Positions 51,382 through 61,695 of a stretch of 64,000 nt of DNA are shown one piece after another. The notes under the pieces were generated by a model that saw nothing but the letters and a program-made list of their open reading frames with translations, was not told the origin of the DNA and did not search any database. The position numbers and the translations under genes were made by a program. Position 1 is the first letter of the stretch. The number at the start of each line of letters is the position of its first letter. Source of the stretch: Candidatus Latescibacterota bacterium (lineage in GTDB: Bacteria > Latescibacterota > UBA2968). The stretch spans positions 4,640,001-4,704,000 of the forward strand of contig OZ220741.1 of assembly GCA_965116885.1 (NCBI GenBank). Direction: 5' to 3'.

Positions 51382-51440
51382 GCAATTATGCAACTAATCA
51401 GATCACAGCTTACCTGAGACCTGATCAAAAAGGACCCAAA

Positions 51441-52316
51441 ATGACCACCTCAAATTGGAATATCCTCCCCAAAGAAACCATCCGGGAATTCGACGAAATG
51501 GGCTGTTTGATTGTGCGCCGGGCACTCGATCAAAAAACGGTCGCACACTTGCTCGAAACATGCGACCGACTCATTGATAGCGACATAAAAACAAACCGAC
51601 AAACGCGCGAAAATGGATATTACGATGGCTTTCGCAACTGCATCGCCTTAGACGACGCCTTTCTGCCACTCCTCACACATCCTACAATCTTCCCCATGGT
51701 CGTGCAATTCCTCGGCGCTTATCTTCACCTCACCACCTCACACCTGATTTACAAACATCCCGACCCGCCTGGCACGCCCGATTTTGCCCGAGCACCAAAC
51801 TGGCATCGCGATTACGGTCGCCTCAACAGCGACCTCCAGCACGCGGCTCCCCGGGGCATGCTCAAATGCGCTTATTATCTCACAGACCTCACCGAACCCA
51901 ATGCGGGCGCCACACTCGTCGTGCCCGGAAGCAACCTTTTGCGAGAACCTCTCGACATTCCCCCAAATGGCGACCCAGAAGGCGCATTCGAACCGCATCT
52001 CGAACCCGGAGACTGTCTCATCTTTGAAAACCGAACCTATCACGCTGGCGGTGTCAACCTATCCAACGAAACCCGCAAAGTCATCATGTTCGGTTATGGC
52101 TACAGATGGCTCGCACCCATAGATTACCGCATCCAGCCCCAATCGCTATTGGACAAACTCGATCCACTGGACCAGTACCTCCTTGGCGAAACACTGGTCA
52201 AAACAGAAGAATATCAAACCAGCGGCGGCGAAACCCCGCTCAAGCCCTGGTGCGAGCAAAACAACCTGCCCCTCGTCAGGCCACCGGTCTGGCAAGAAGA
52301 TCTGGCTCTTGCCTGA
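51441..52316 (+). CDS. Phytanoyl-CoA dioxygenase (PhyH) family protein
   Basis: WHRD...VPGS...HAGG.N...R. Confidence 0.88.
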   Translation: MTTSNWNILPKETIREFDEMGCLIVRRALDQKTVAHLLETCDRLIDSDIKTNRQTRENGYYDGFRNCIALDDAFLPLLTHPTIFPMVVQFLGAYLHLTTSHLIYKHPDPPGTPDFARAPNWHRDYGRLNSDLQHAAPRGMLKCAYYLTDLTEPNAGATLVVPGSNLLREPLDIPPNGDPEGAFEPHLEPGDCLIFENRTYHAGGVNLSNETRKVIMFGYGYRWLAPIDYRIQPQSLLDKLDPLDQYLLGETLVKTEEYQTSGGETPLKPWCEQNNLPLVRPPVWQEDLALA

Positions 52317-52323
52317 TTATCGA

Positions 52324-53640
52324 TCACAACAGGTCCAATTTTTGCGACAAATTTTCAACAGGTGTAAACACCCACTGTTTTCCTCTTTTTACCGCATTGA
52401 GCAATCCTTGAGCCTGTAAATTCAGCAAATCTGTACGTGCGGTCTGATAAACCACATTGTGGCTATTCTGGTGGCCATAGATTGTATAGCGATGGCGGGG
52501 ATGGCGAAGTGCGTGACTCAAAAGTGCGCGTTGTCGATGATTGAACACGGCAGAATTCTTCAACACCTGATCAATGTCTTCAAACAGTCTCATTTTGCGT
52601 TTGACATATTCATGAAATACCCCCACAGTTTGCTCAATAACGCGCAATTGATACAAAATAAAATAAGTCAAATCATTGTCATCCGTCTCAGTGTACAAAA
52701 AGGACCGGCTATATCTTACAGGAGCCTTGTGCAAAATTTGGGAAATAGACAAAAACTTAAACAGCCGGTAGTCATTGCGTAGCATCAACCAGTAGAACAG
52801 TGCGCGTGCGGTGCGCCCATTGCCATCGACAAACGGGTGGTCATATCCCAACCAGAAATGCAATATAATCGCTCGAAGCGCCGGATGAATAAACCAATCG
52901 GGCGTTTTGCCATTGGCAAAATCGCACATTGCCTGCAGGCGCTCGGGCAGTTCTTCGGCAGGCGGCGGACGGTGCAAAACCTCACCAGTAACAAGATCGG
53001 CAACATGAACAGATTCTTTTGCATACCGAAAACGACCTGTTCCCGAAGGATCGTCCAAAGTATCTTCCGTCACCATGCGGTGCAGATGAAAAATCAGGTC
53101 TTGAGTTAAAGGCTGATCTTTCAACTCGCCAATTGCATTCATGGTGAGATAATTATTCAAAATCATCTGCTCACCGCGATTCTGTGGAGAGCGTCCAGTG
53201 CGGAGCATCTCTCTGGCAACCTGACGTGTGGTTGTGGCACCTTCGAGTTGGCTGGATGTGATGGCCTCTTCAATCAGTGAATCCACAAAGTAGAGATTGG
53301 AGAACTCAGATGTAGTAACCTGTTCGAGCAGACCAGAAAAACCAGGCCTTCCCAAATCGATTTGATGCAAATACTCAGGAATAGGGTCTATAATCAAAAA
53401 TCGAAAGGGGATGCCCGAGCAATCGACAAGTGGGATTTCTTTCCACAATTCCTTGCGGTACAGCTTAATGCCCAACCACCACTCGCGATGTGTCAGTCCT
53501 CCGGGGGGCGTTCGATATCGCAACTCATCCCAATGCAAGTAGTTAGACAGATCTACTTCCGAAATCAAATGTGGAAGTCGTCCAACTTCTAAATCGCGCA
53601 TCAGATCATCAAAAGCTGGTGGTGGTTGAGGTTTTTTCAT
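52324..53640 (-). CDS. Fic family protein
   Basis: HPFVDGNGRTAR; SSQLEG; C-terminal wHTH. Confidence 0.92.
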   Translation of the reverse strand: MKKPQPPPAFDDLMRDLEVGRLPHLISEVDLSNYLHWDELRYRTPPGGLTHREWWLGIKLYRKELWKEIPLVDCSGIPFRFLIIDPIPEYLHQIDLGRPGFSGLLEQVTTSEFSNLYFVDSLIEEAITSSQLEGATTTRQVAREMLRTGRSPQNRGEQMILNNYLTMNAIGELKDQPLTQDLIFHLHRMVTEDTLDDPSGTGRFRYAKESVHVADLVTGEVLHRPPPAEELPERLQAMCDFANGKTPDWFIHPALRAIILHFWLGYDHPFVDGNGRTARALFYWLMLRNDYRLFKFLSISQILHKAPVRYSRSFLYTETDDNDLTYFILYQLRVIEQTVGVFHEYVKRKMRLFEDIDQVLKNSAVFNHRQRALLSHALRHPRHRYTIYGHQNSHNVVYQTARTDLLNLQAQGLLNAVKRGKQWVFTPVENLSQKLDLL

Positions 53641-53654
53641 AATCGCTGTCCATT

Positions 53655-53790
53655 CATATTAAATGTTCATACTAATTTTATACTAATCTATATAAAATTA
53701 GTATAAAAAGCCACCCTTACTTGTCTATCCCATATTAAATGTTCATACTAATCTATGTGAAATTAGTATAAAAAGCCATCCATACTTGTC
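53655..53790. repeat. ~60-70 bp tandem duplication containing palindromes
   Basis: catattaaatgttcatactaat...attagtataaaaagcca...tacttgtc twice. Confidence 0.85.
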
Positions 53791-53865
53791 CACCAAAATG
53801 TGGTGTGCTTAGTAGAAAACGTCGTATATTATGAAACATCAAAATCTACATAAAGAGGGCCATTA

Positions 53866-54717
53866 ATGGAATTACTCAAAGGAAAAGTAGCGATCATCAC
53901 AGGTGGCGCGAGCGGTATTGGTCGCGCAACTGCTCGCCTCTTTGTCGAAGAAGGCGCACAAGTCGTCATCGCAGACATCCAGGAAGATAAGGGTCAAACC
54001 GTCGCTGAAGAACTCGGGTCCAATGCCATCTTCCAGCATACCAATGTGAGACGGGAACCCGATATCAGAGCGATGATTGACCGCGCCGTCACGCATTTTG
54101 GACGCCTGGATTGCCTCTTTAACAACGCCGGATACGGCGGTGTAGCGGGGCCTGTTGAAGAAACATCCATGCGGGGTTTTGACAAAACCGTAAGCATTCT
54201 CCTGCGCGGCGTCTTCATGGGCATCAAACACGCATCTCCCATCATGAAAAAACAGGGATCGGGCAGCATCATCAGCACGGGTTCTGTCGCTGGCCTTCGC
54301 ACGGGCTATGCGCCGCATGTGTACAGCGCATGTAAAGCCGCCGTCATACACCTCACCCGCACAACGGCAATGGAATTGGGACCACACAATATCCGCGTCA
54401 ACTGTATATGTCCAGGCAGCATTGCCACCCCCATATTTGCTCCGGCACTGGACCTCGCGCCCGAAGAATCGGACAAAGCCTATCAACTCATGACCGAAAA
54501 ACTCGCTGGCGGACAGCCCATTCACCGCGCGGGTCAGCCCGAAGACATCGCACACGCAGCCCTATATCTCGCCAGCGATCACGCCTCATTTGTCAACGGT
54601 CACGCCCTCGTTGTCGATGGTGGCCTCATCGGCGGCCAAAAATGGGACAGATCCTGGATCGCCCGAGAAGGGCTTACGTCTGATGAGGACATACGTGAAG
54701 GAGGTAAGAAGGAATGA
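53866..54717 (+). CDS. SDR family oxidoreductase
   Basis: TGGASGIG, NNAG, YSACK. Confidence 0.93.
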   Translation: MELLKGKVAIITGGASGIGRATARLFVEEGAQVVIADIQEDKGQTVAEELGSNAIFQHTNVRREPDIRAMIDRAVTHFGRLDCLFNNAGYGGVAGPVEETSMRGFDKTVSILLRGVFMGIKHASPIMKKQGSGSIISTGSVAGLRTGYAPHVYSACKAAVIHLTRTTAMELGPHNIRVNCICPGSIATPIFAPALDLAPEESDKAYQLMTEKLAGGQPIHRAGQPEDIAHAALYLASDHASFVNGHALVVDGGLIGGQKWDRSWIAREGLTSDEDIREGGKKE

Positions 54718-55694
54718 ACCACATCTTAATCTCATTGGCCCTCATGCTCTTCATCGCTTGTGCCAATGAACAAACCGGACCGGCAAAAACGACCATTGCC
54801 GTCATCCCCAAAGGCACAACCCACGAGTTCTGGAAATCGATTCACGCAGGTGCTGTCAAAGCACAACGCGAATTAGACATAGAAATAATATGGAAAGGCC
54901 CGCTCAAAGAAGACGATCGCGAAGACCAGATCGCACTGGTCGAAAACTTCATCTCTCGCGGCGTTTCGGGCATTGTGCTCGCGCCCCTTGACGACACCGC
55001 CCTTCGCGTACCCGTCGCCAATGCCGTAAGCAGCGGCATTCCGGTCGTCATTATCGACTCGGGCCTTCAAAGCGATGACTTCATCTCCTTTGTCGCCACC
55101 GACAATTATCGCGGAGGACGCCTCGCAGGTGCCGACATGGCCCAACGCATGAACCAAAAGGGCAAAGTCATCATGCTGCGTTACCAGGAAGGTTCTGCCA
55201 GCACCATGAAACGCGAACAGGGATTCCTCGACGCAATAGGCGAGCATTCAGACATCGAAATTGTCTCATCAAATCAACACGGCGGTGCCACCACGGAAAG
55301 CGCGTATCAAGCCAGCGAGAACTTGCTCGCCCCCATGAAAGACGCAAACGGCAAACTCACCATCCAGGGCATCTTCTGCCCCAACGAATCCACCACATTT
55401 GGCATGTTGCGCGCCCTGCAAGACGCGGGACTCGCCGGCAGTGTCATATTCATCGGCTTTGACAGCTCGGAAAAACTCGTCGAAGCCCTCGAAAGCGACC
55501 AAATCCACGGGCTTGTACTGCAAAACCCCTTTAGAATGGGCTACCTCGGCGTCAAAACCATAGTCGCACATCTCAAAAATCAACCCGTGGAAAAACGCAT
55601 CGACACCGGCGTCGCCCTCGTCACCAAAGACAATATGAACGACCCAGACATCAAAGATGTATTGACCCCAGACCTGGATAAGTGGCTCAAATAA
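54714..55694 (+). CDS. Sugar ABC transporter substrate-binding lipoprotein (RbsB-like)
   Basis: Lipobox FIAC; PKGTTHEFW; ATDN; GFD. Confidence 0.9.
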   Translation: MNHILISLALMLFIACANEQTGPAKTTIAVIPKGTTHEFWKSIHAGAVKAQRELDIEIIWKGPLKEDDREDQIALVENFISRGVSGIVLAPLDDTALRVPVANAVSSGIPVVIIDSGLQSDDFISFVATDNYRGGRLAGADMAQRMNQKGKVIMLRYQEGSASTMKREQGFLDAIGEHSDIEIVSSNQHGGATTESAYQASENLLAPMKDANGKLTIQGIFCPNESTTFGMLRALQDAGLAGSVIFIGFDSSEKLVEALESDQIHGLVLQNPFRMGYLGVKTIVAHLKNQPVEKRIDTGVALVTKDNMNDPDIKDVLTPDLDKWLK

Positions 55695-55705
55695 ATGGTG
55701 AAAAA

Positions 55706-57229
55706 ATGGTGAAAAAACTTTTCCGAATTGCAATAATTATCACCGCCACCCCTTCAATCGCCCTATCGCAGTTCTTACCCAACCTGACTGCGCTAAGCGA
55801 AACGGTTAAGCCGCAAGTATCTTCAATTCGGTTACTCAACTTTATCCAGCCATTCACAATACGCTATCAGACAAACGCTGAAATCACCGCATTCATAAAC
55901 GATGAGTTCAATCAGACTGTACCGCAAACAATTCGTCAAAACTACGATCTATTAATCCGCGCCATCGGATTGTACCACGGAGGTATCCCCTTCGACTTCG
56001 AAGCTCTGATAAGAGCCTCACAGAGCCAAATAGGTGCCTATTACTATCCCGCAAACCGTTCTATCAACATCCCGACAGGATCAATTCCCATACAAGAGCT
56101 TCGGGTAATCGTAGTCCATGAACTTACGCATGTACTACAGGACCAGCACTTTGGACTCGACCGCTTGCTCAGCGCTACAAACAGCGACAAATTATTAGCC
56201 CATCAAGCTCTCGCCGAAGGCGATGCAACGCTGGTGGAATACCTCTGGTCTTTAGATCGCGCTGGACAAGCGATGTCAGATGCCCAACTACAACAATTCA
56301 TAAACACGATTGCCAACACAACGGTTGACGAAGTCAAGCGCAACCTCAAAGATATAGAGTCCGATCCACAGGTCGTCAAAGCGATTGACGAAACCCCCAA
56401 TTTTATATTTGAACAGCAACTTGGAATCTACTTCCGCGGGCTGGCCTTTGTATTTGCCCTGAAAAGACGCGGGGGATGGGCAACAGTGAATCGCGCGTAC
56501 ACCAATCTTCCAATGTCGATGGAACACATCCTCCATCCGGACAAATACTTCGCGGGGGAATCTATCGAGGAGATCGCACTTCCAGATTTGGCAAATGAAT
56601 CCTTCGCAGGAAATTGGGAATTGCTGGACAGGGATACACTGGGCGAATTTGGCCTCAGAATCATCTTCAATACCTTTGATGTCAACACCCCATCACACGC
56701 AGCGGCCGCAGGCTGGCATGGCGATCAGTATGTCGTCCTCAAACACCGCCAGGATAACACACCCGCTCTCGTCCTGTTCACGACATGGGATACGGAACGG
56801 GATGCGATAGAGTTCAAAACCGCCTACGAAAACGTGCTCGCAATTAAACACCATAGATCCACAGACTTCAGAATTGAGCAGCAAGGGACAGATGTGTTAA
56901 TTGCTGAATCGTCTCGGGATCTCGACCTGTTATTTGCGTACCTCGAAAAAGTTCGATTCACCCCCACGGTCGCACTCGAAATTTTCGATTTTGACGGCGA
57001 TCACATAGTCGGCTTCTCGGACTTCCTCATGTTCGCCGCCCATTTTGGCAAGAACAGTTCGGATCCGGATTTTGACCCGCGATTCGACATCGATGCAGAT
57101 GGTATGGTCGGCTTCTCGGACTTCCTCGCATTTGCTTCTGCTTTTGGAAAACAAATCGCGCGCAACTCAAAACCCACTGTCGTGATTGACCCGCACATTA
57201 TCCACCGCACATTGGGATTTATCCGATAA
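55706..57229 (+). CDS. Secreted HExxH metallopeptidase-like protein with C-terminal dockerin/EF-hand pair
   Basis: HELTH.LQDQHF...EGDA; DFDGDHIVGFSDFL and DIDADGMVGFSDFL. Confidence 0.78.
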   Translation: MVKKLFRIAIIITATPSIALSQFLPNLTALSETVKPQVSSIRLLNFIQPFTIRYQTNAEITAFINDEFNQTVPQTIRQNYDLLIRAIGLYHGGIPFDFEALIRASQSQIGAYYYPANRSINIPTGSIPIQELRVIVVHELTHVLQDQHFGLDRLLSATNSDKLLAHQALAEGDATLVEYLWSLDRAGQAMSDAQLQQFINTIANTTVDEVKRNLKDIESDPQVVKAIDETPNFIFEQQLGIYFRGLAFVFALKRRGGWATVNRAYTNLPMSMEHILHPDKYFAGESIEEIALPDLANESFAGNWELLDRDTLGEFGLRIIFNTFDVNTPSHAAAAGWHGDQYVVLKHRQDNTPALVLFTTWDTERDAIEFKTAYENVLAIKHHRSTDFRIEQQGTDVLIAESSRDLDLLFAYLEKVRFTPTVALEIFDFDGDHIVGFSDFLMFAAHFGKNSSDPDFDPRFDIDADGMVGFSDFLAFASAFGKQIARNSKPTVVIDPHIIHRTLGFIR

Positions 57230-57249
57230 AGCGGTCAGGCACATCCTCT

Positions 57250-58743
57250 ATGTCCATACCCAAACACCCTCGCTTTGCCATGCGCGGCATTCGCAAAACC
57301 TTTGGCGCAACCGTCGCGCTCGACAACGTCGATTTTGCTGTTTCAGCCGGCGAAATCCACGCCCTCATCGGTGAAAATGGCGCGGGCAAAAGCACCCTGA
57401 TGAAAGTGCTATCGGGAGCCTTGCAACCCGATGCCGGGGAAATGACCGTTGACGGATCGCCCTTCGCACCTGCCAATCCCCTCCAGGCGCGGCAGCAGGG
57501 CGTAGCCATGATCTATCAAGAACTCTCCCTTGCGCCCCATCTAACCGTTGTGGAAAACGTCCTCCTCGGCATGGAAATCACGCGACGCGGATTATTGCAG
57601 AAATCAGACATGCACGCCCTTGTACAAAACGCGCTAACAGAACTCGACCATGCCGATATCGATCCCCACGCACGCGTGGGTACCCTCACCATTGCCGAAC
57701 GACAAATTGTAGAAATTGCACGCGCACTCTCTGTTCAATGCCGCGTCCTCGTCCTCGACGAACCCACCAGCAGCCTCACGCGTGCAGATGCCGACCGTTT
57801 ATTTCGCGTGATGCAACGCCTGAAAGCGCGAAATTTGGCAATCGTCTATATCTCGCATTTTCTCGAAGAAATCAAAGAAATCGCCGATCAATTCACAGTT
57901 CTGCGAGACGGCAAAAAAGCAGGCAGTGGCCCGGTCGCGCAAACTCCCATATCCGACATCGTTCACCTCATGGTCGGCAGGCAAATCGACGACTTTTTTC
58001 CGCGCTCCAACCGCACATCGGGCGAACCACTCCTCGACCTCACGGACCTCGCTGCCGACCCTCTCCCCAACAGCGCATCCCTCGTCCTGCACCGCGGAGA
58101 AGTACTCGGCATAGGTGGACTCATCGGTGCTGGCCGCACAGAACTTTTGCGCGCGCTCTTTGGCCTTGCCCCCATCCGCAAAGGCAATATCACCTTCGCA
58201 CACAACACGGGCCGCGCAACACCTGCACAGCGCCTCGCGCAGGGAATGGGATTGCTCAGCGAAGACCGCAAAGACGAGGGCCTCGCCCAATCGATGAGTC
58301 TGGCCGACAACCTCACCCTCTCGCGCTTGCCCAGAGGACTCATCTTTCCCAAAAAACTGCGCGCCATTGCCCACCAGTGGATATCTCGCCTCGACATTCG
58401 CACATCGGGACCTGCACAATTCATTGCAGACCTCTCCGGCGGCAACCAGCAAAAAGTCGCGCTCGCCCGTCTGCTCCACCACGACGTAGATTGCCTGCTT
58501 TTGGACGAACCCACGCGCGGTATTGACATTGCCAGCAAAGCCGACATTTACCACCTGATTGACCAACTCGCAACACAGGGCAAAGCCATCCTCCTCATAA
58601 GCAGTTACCTGCCCGAACTCCTCGGGATATGCGACCGCATCGCCGTCATGTATCGCGGTCGCCTCGGCCCAGTGCATCCCGTTGACAAATGCAGCGAACA
58701 CAGCCTCATGCTCGAAGCGACCGGACAGGAGGTCGCACTGTGA
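57250..58743 (+). CDS. Sugar ABC transporter ATP-binding protein (RbsA-like)
   Basis: GENGAGKST, LSGGNQQK, DEPTRGID. Confidence 0.93.
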   Translation: MSIPKHPRFAMRGIRKTFGATVALDNVDFAVSAGEIHALIGENGAGKSTLMKVLSGALQPDAGEMTVDGSPFAPANPLQARQQGVAMIYQELSLAPHLTVVENVLLGMEITRRGLLQKSDMHALVQNALTELDHADIDPHARVGTLTIAERQIVEIARALSVQCRVLVLDEPTSSLTRADADRLFRVMQRLKARNLAIVYISHFLEEIKEIADQFTVLRDGKKAGSGPVAQTPISDIVHLMVGRQIDDFFPRSNRTSGEPLLDLTDLAADPLPNSASLVLHRGEVLGIGGLIGAGRTELLRALFGLAPIRKGNITFAHNTGRATPAQRLAQGMGLLSEDRKDEGLAQSMSLADNLTLSRLPRGLIFPKKLRAIAHQWISRLDIRTSGPAQFIADLSGGNQQKVALARLLHHDVDCLLLDEPTRGIDIASKADIYHLIDQLATQGKAILLISSYLPELLGICDRIAVMYRGRLGPVHPVDKCSEHSLMLEATGQEVAL

Positions 58744-59678
58744 ATTATCTATCGCGTTTTGCCCCTCTGCTCGGCCTATTCGCTGTTTACGGCCTATTCG
58801 CCATTCTCGGTCCCGACAGCTTTAGCAGCGGTCGCAACCTCGAAACCATCGCGCGTCAAACAGCCATTGTCGGCACAGCAGCACTCGGCATGACCCTCGT
58901 CATCATTGCCGGAGGTATTGATCTTTCCGTCGGCTCCATCATAGCCCTGACCACCGTCACCATCGCCGCATCGCTCCAGGCGGACCTGTCACCCCCTGTC
59001 GCCGCACTCATCGGCATATTCACAGGCGCGCTGTGCGGCCTTGTCAACGGCCTGATCATCACCCGTTTTCGCGTCGTGCCTTTTATCGTCACACTCGGCA
59101 CGCTCTTACTCGTGCGCGGCATTGCCAAAGGACTGGCTGGCGAACAGAAAATCGACGCCCCCCTCACCTATCTCATCGACCTGCTCGCAGCACTTCCACG
59201 AGGCGCATGGTGGATATTCCCGCCCGGCGTATGGCTCCTAATCATCCTCGCCCTCCTCACTGGCGGATACCTCGCCTATACCCGCCCGGGCAAACACATC
59301 GTCGCCATTGGATCCAACGAAAACACGGCTCGCCTGTGCGGTATCCGCGTCGAAGCCACCAAATTACTCGTCTATACCCTCGCAGGAACATCCGCAGGCA
59401 TAGCCGGGCTCCTCCAATTTTCGCGCCTCACCGTAGGCGATCCCACGGTCGCTGTCGGCCTCGAACTCGATGTCATCGCAGCCGTTGTCATCGGCGGGGG
59501 CAGCCTCTCGGGCGGCGAAGGCTCAGTACTCGGCAGCGTGGTCGGCGCACTGATCATGACTGTCATCCGATCTGGCTGTTCACAAATGGGCTTGCCAAAT
59601 TGGGTGCAAGAAATCGTCACAGGCATTATTATAGTCATCGCCGTGGCAGTCGATAGATTGAGACATCGAGAAAGATAG
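58740..59678 (+). CDS. Sugar ABC transporter permease (RbsC-like)
   Basis: GGIDLSVGS; ELDVIAAVVIGG. Confidence 0.92.
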   Translation: MNYLSRFAPLLGLFAVYGLFAILGPDSFSSGRNLETIARQTAIVGTAALGMTLVIIAGGIDLSVGSIIALTTVTIAASLQADLSPPVAALIGIFTGALCGLVNGLIITRFRVVPFIVTLGTLLLVRGIAKGLAGEQKIDAPLTYLIDLLAALPRGAWWIFPPGVWLLIILALLTGGYLAYTRPGKHIVAIGSNENTARLCGIRVEATKLLVYTLAGTSAGIAGLLQFSRLTVGDPTVAVGLELDVIAAVVIGGGSLSGGEGSVLGSVVGALIMTVIRSGCSQMGLPNWVQEIVTGIIIVIAVAVDRLRHRER

Positions 59679-59792
59679 ACGCAGTAATCCAATCTGTTTT
59701 TTGCAACTTATTTTTCTCGGATGAGTTAGAAAAAACATATCTTATTGCAGACCCGAGCCAACGCTCATTCACCCATTCCAAGGAGTACACCC

Positions 59793-60236
59793 ATGCAAGC
59801 CCGACGCACGCTCTTCCTCATCGCCCTCGCCTTTTTGCTGACCACAGCCCCCGCCTTTGCAGGCACAGTCGATGTGGAAGGCGAAGGCACGCCCGCTCTG
59901 TACGTGGTCAAGGTACACGCCGACTGGTGCGGCTCCTGCAAGGCACTGGTGCCCATTCTCGACGAAGTCCGGGAAACCATGTCTGCCGAGCCTGTTCTCT
60001 TTCTCACCCTGGACGTAACCGACGCAGACCGCACAGGCCAGGCCCGTCTGCTGGCTGCAGCCCTCGGCATAGAGCAACACCTCAAAACCAACAACAAGAC
60101 CGGGCTGGTCCTGATCATCAACCCCTCGGATAAAGCCCTGCTGGAAACCCTGACTAAGGAAAACACCGCCGATGAAATGATCGGCAAAATTGAGGCCCAT
60201 GTTGCCGAAACTGCAGACGAAGACATGGACATGTGA
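59793..60236 (+). CDS. Exported thioredoxin-like protein
   Basis: Signal peptide; WCGSC. Confidence 0.8.
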   Translation: MQARRTLFLIALAFLLTTAPAFAGTVDVEGEGTPALYVVKVHADWCGSCKALVPILDEVRETMSAEPVLFLTLDVTDADRTGQARLLAAALGIEQHLKTNNKTGLVLIINPSDKALLETLTKENTADEMIGKIEAHVAETADEDMDM

Positions 60237-60332
60237 GGCAAAAGATCGAATTACGGTGCATCGCCTATCGAACACTGGGCGATGCACCTGAAAAATTAAC
60301 TATATCAAAACTGCAATTATCGGAATCACAAC

Positions 60333-61610
60333 ATGAACAAAGACACCGCATTTCAAATGGGAGCCTCAAACCTGCGCTTTGGAGTGGGAACAACGCGCGA
60401 AATCGGCATGGACCTCTCCGACATGGGCCTCGAGCGCGTCCTCGTCATCACCGATCCCAACCTCGTCGATCTCCCCCCCGTTCAAACCGCGAGAGAGAGC
60501 CTCGAATCCGAAGGCATTGAATATGACCTGTTCGACCGCGTACGCGTGGAACCCACAGATATCTCCTTCAAAGACGCCATCGCAGTCGCCACAGAAGGCG
60601 CTTATGAAGGCTATGTCGCCATTGGGGGCGGTTCATCTATCGACACGGCAAAAGCCGCCAACTTATTTGCAACCTATCCCGACGACTTCTTCGCCTATAT
60701 CAACGCGCCCATCGGCCAGGGCAAACCCGTTCCCGGCGCCGTCAAACCCCTCTTTGCCATTCCCACCACAGCCGGCACGGGAAGCGAAACCACGGGCGTA
60801 GCCATTATGGACCTCTCTGACCGCCACGTCAAAACCGGCATTGCACACCGCTATCTCAAACCCGACCTCGCCATTGTCGATCCCGAAAACACGCGCACCA
60901 TGCCACCTTCTATCGCGGCGGCAACCGGCCTCGACGTCCTTTGCCACGCCCTCGAATCCTTCACCGCCATCCCCTATACCGAACGCCCCAGACCCAATCG
61001 CCCAATCGAACGCCCCGCCTATCAGGGCGCCAATCCCATTTCCGACATGTGGGCACTCAAAGCCATTGAAATGACCACGCAATACCTGCCTCGTGCAGTT
61101 CGCAACCCCGACGACGACGAAGCCCGCGCGCAAATGATCCTCGCTGCATCGCTCGCCGGCATCGGCTTTGGCAATGCAGGTGTTCACCTCTGCCACGGCA
61201 TGTCGTATCCCGTCTCAGGTATGGTGCGAGACTTCAAACCCAAAGGCATGATCACGGACCACGCCATTATCCCACACGGCATGTCCGTCGTCCTCAATGC
61301 CCCTCCCGTCTTTCGATTCACAGGGCCCGCGCGGCCAGACCGCCACCTTCGGGCCGCCCAGATCATGGGCGCTGATATCTCCAGCGCATCTCCCGACGAA
61401 GCGGGCCACATCCTCGCCGATCAAATCGTCGCCCTGATGAAGCAACTCGAAGTCCCCAATGGTCTGTCAGCAATCGGATTCACCGAAAGCGACATCCCCG
61501 CACTCGTCGAAGGCACTCTCCCCCAACATCGCGTCACCAAACTCTCCCCGCGTCCCGCAGAAGCAGAAGACCTGAAAGCCTTGTTCAAAGATGCAATGAT
61601 TGCATGGTAA
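60333..61610 (+). CDS. Hydroxyacid-oxoacid transhydrogenase (Fe-ADH family)
   Basis: GGGSSID, PTTAGTGSE, RPAYQGANPISD, GVHLCHGMSYP. Confidence 0.88.
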   Translation: MNKDTAFQMGASNLRFGVGTTREIGMDLSDMGLERVLVITDPNLVDLPPVQTARESLESEGIEYDLFDRVRVEPTDISFKDAIAVATEGAYEGYVAIGGGSSIDTAKAANLFATYPDDFFAYINAPIGQGKPVPGAVKPLFAIPTTAGTGSETTGVAIMDLSDRHVKTGIAHRYLKPDLAIVDPENTRTMPPSIAAATGLDVLCHALESFTAIPYTERPRPNRPIERPAYQGANPISDMWALKAIEMTTQYLPRAVRNPDDDEARAQMILAASLAGIGFGNAGVHLCHGMSYPVSGMVRDFKPKGMITDHAIIPHGMSVVLNAPPVFRFTGPARPDRHLRAAQIMGADISSASPDEAGHILADQIVALMKQLEVPNGLSAIGFTESDIPALVEGTLPQHRVTKLSPRPAEAEDLKALFKDAMIAW

Positions 61611-61695
61611 AATCAAAGGTTGCCATTCTGTTTCTGAAATATTATGATGTAAGCATTCAATAGCATTGATAAATGGGATAACAGGAGGGCTTTTC

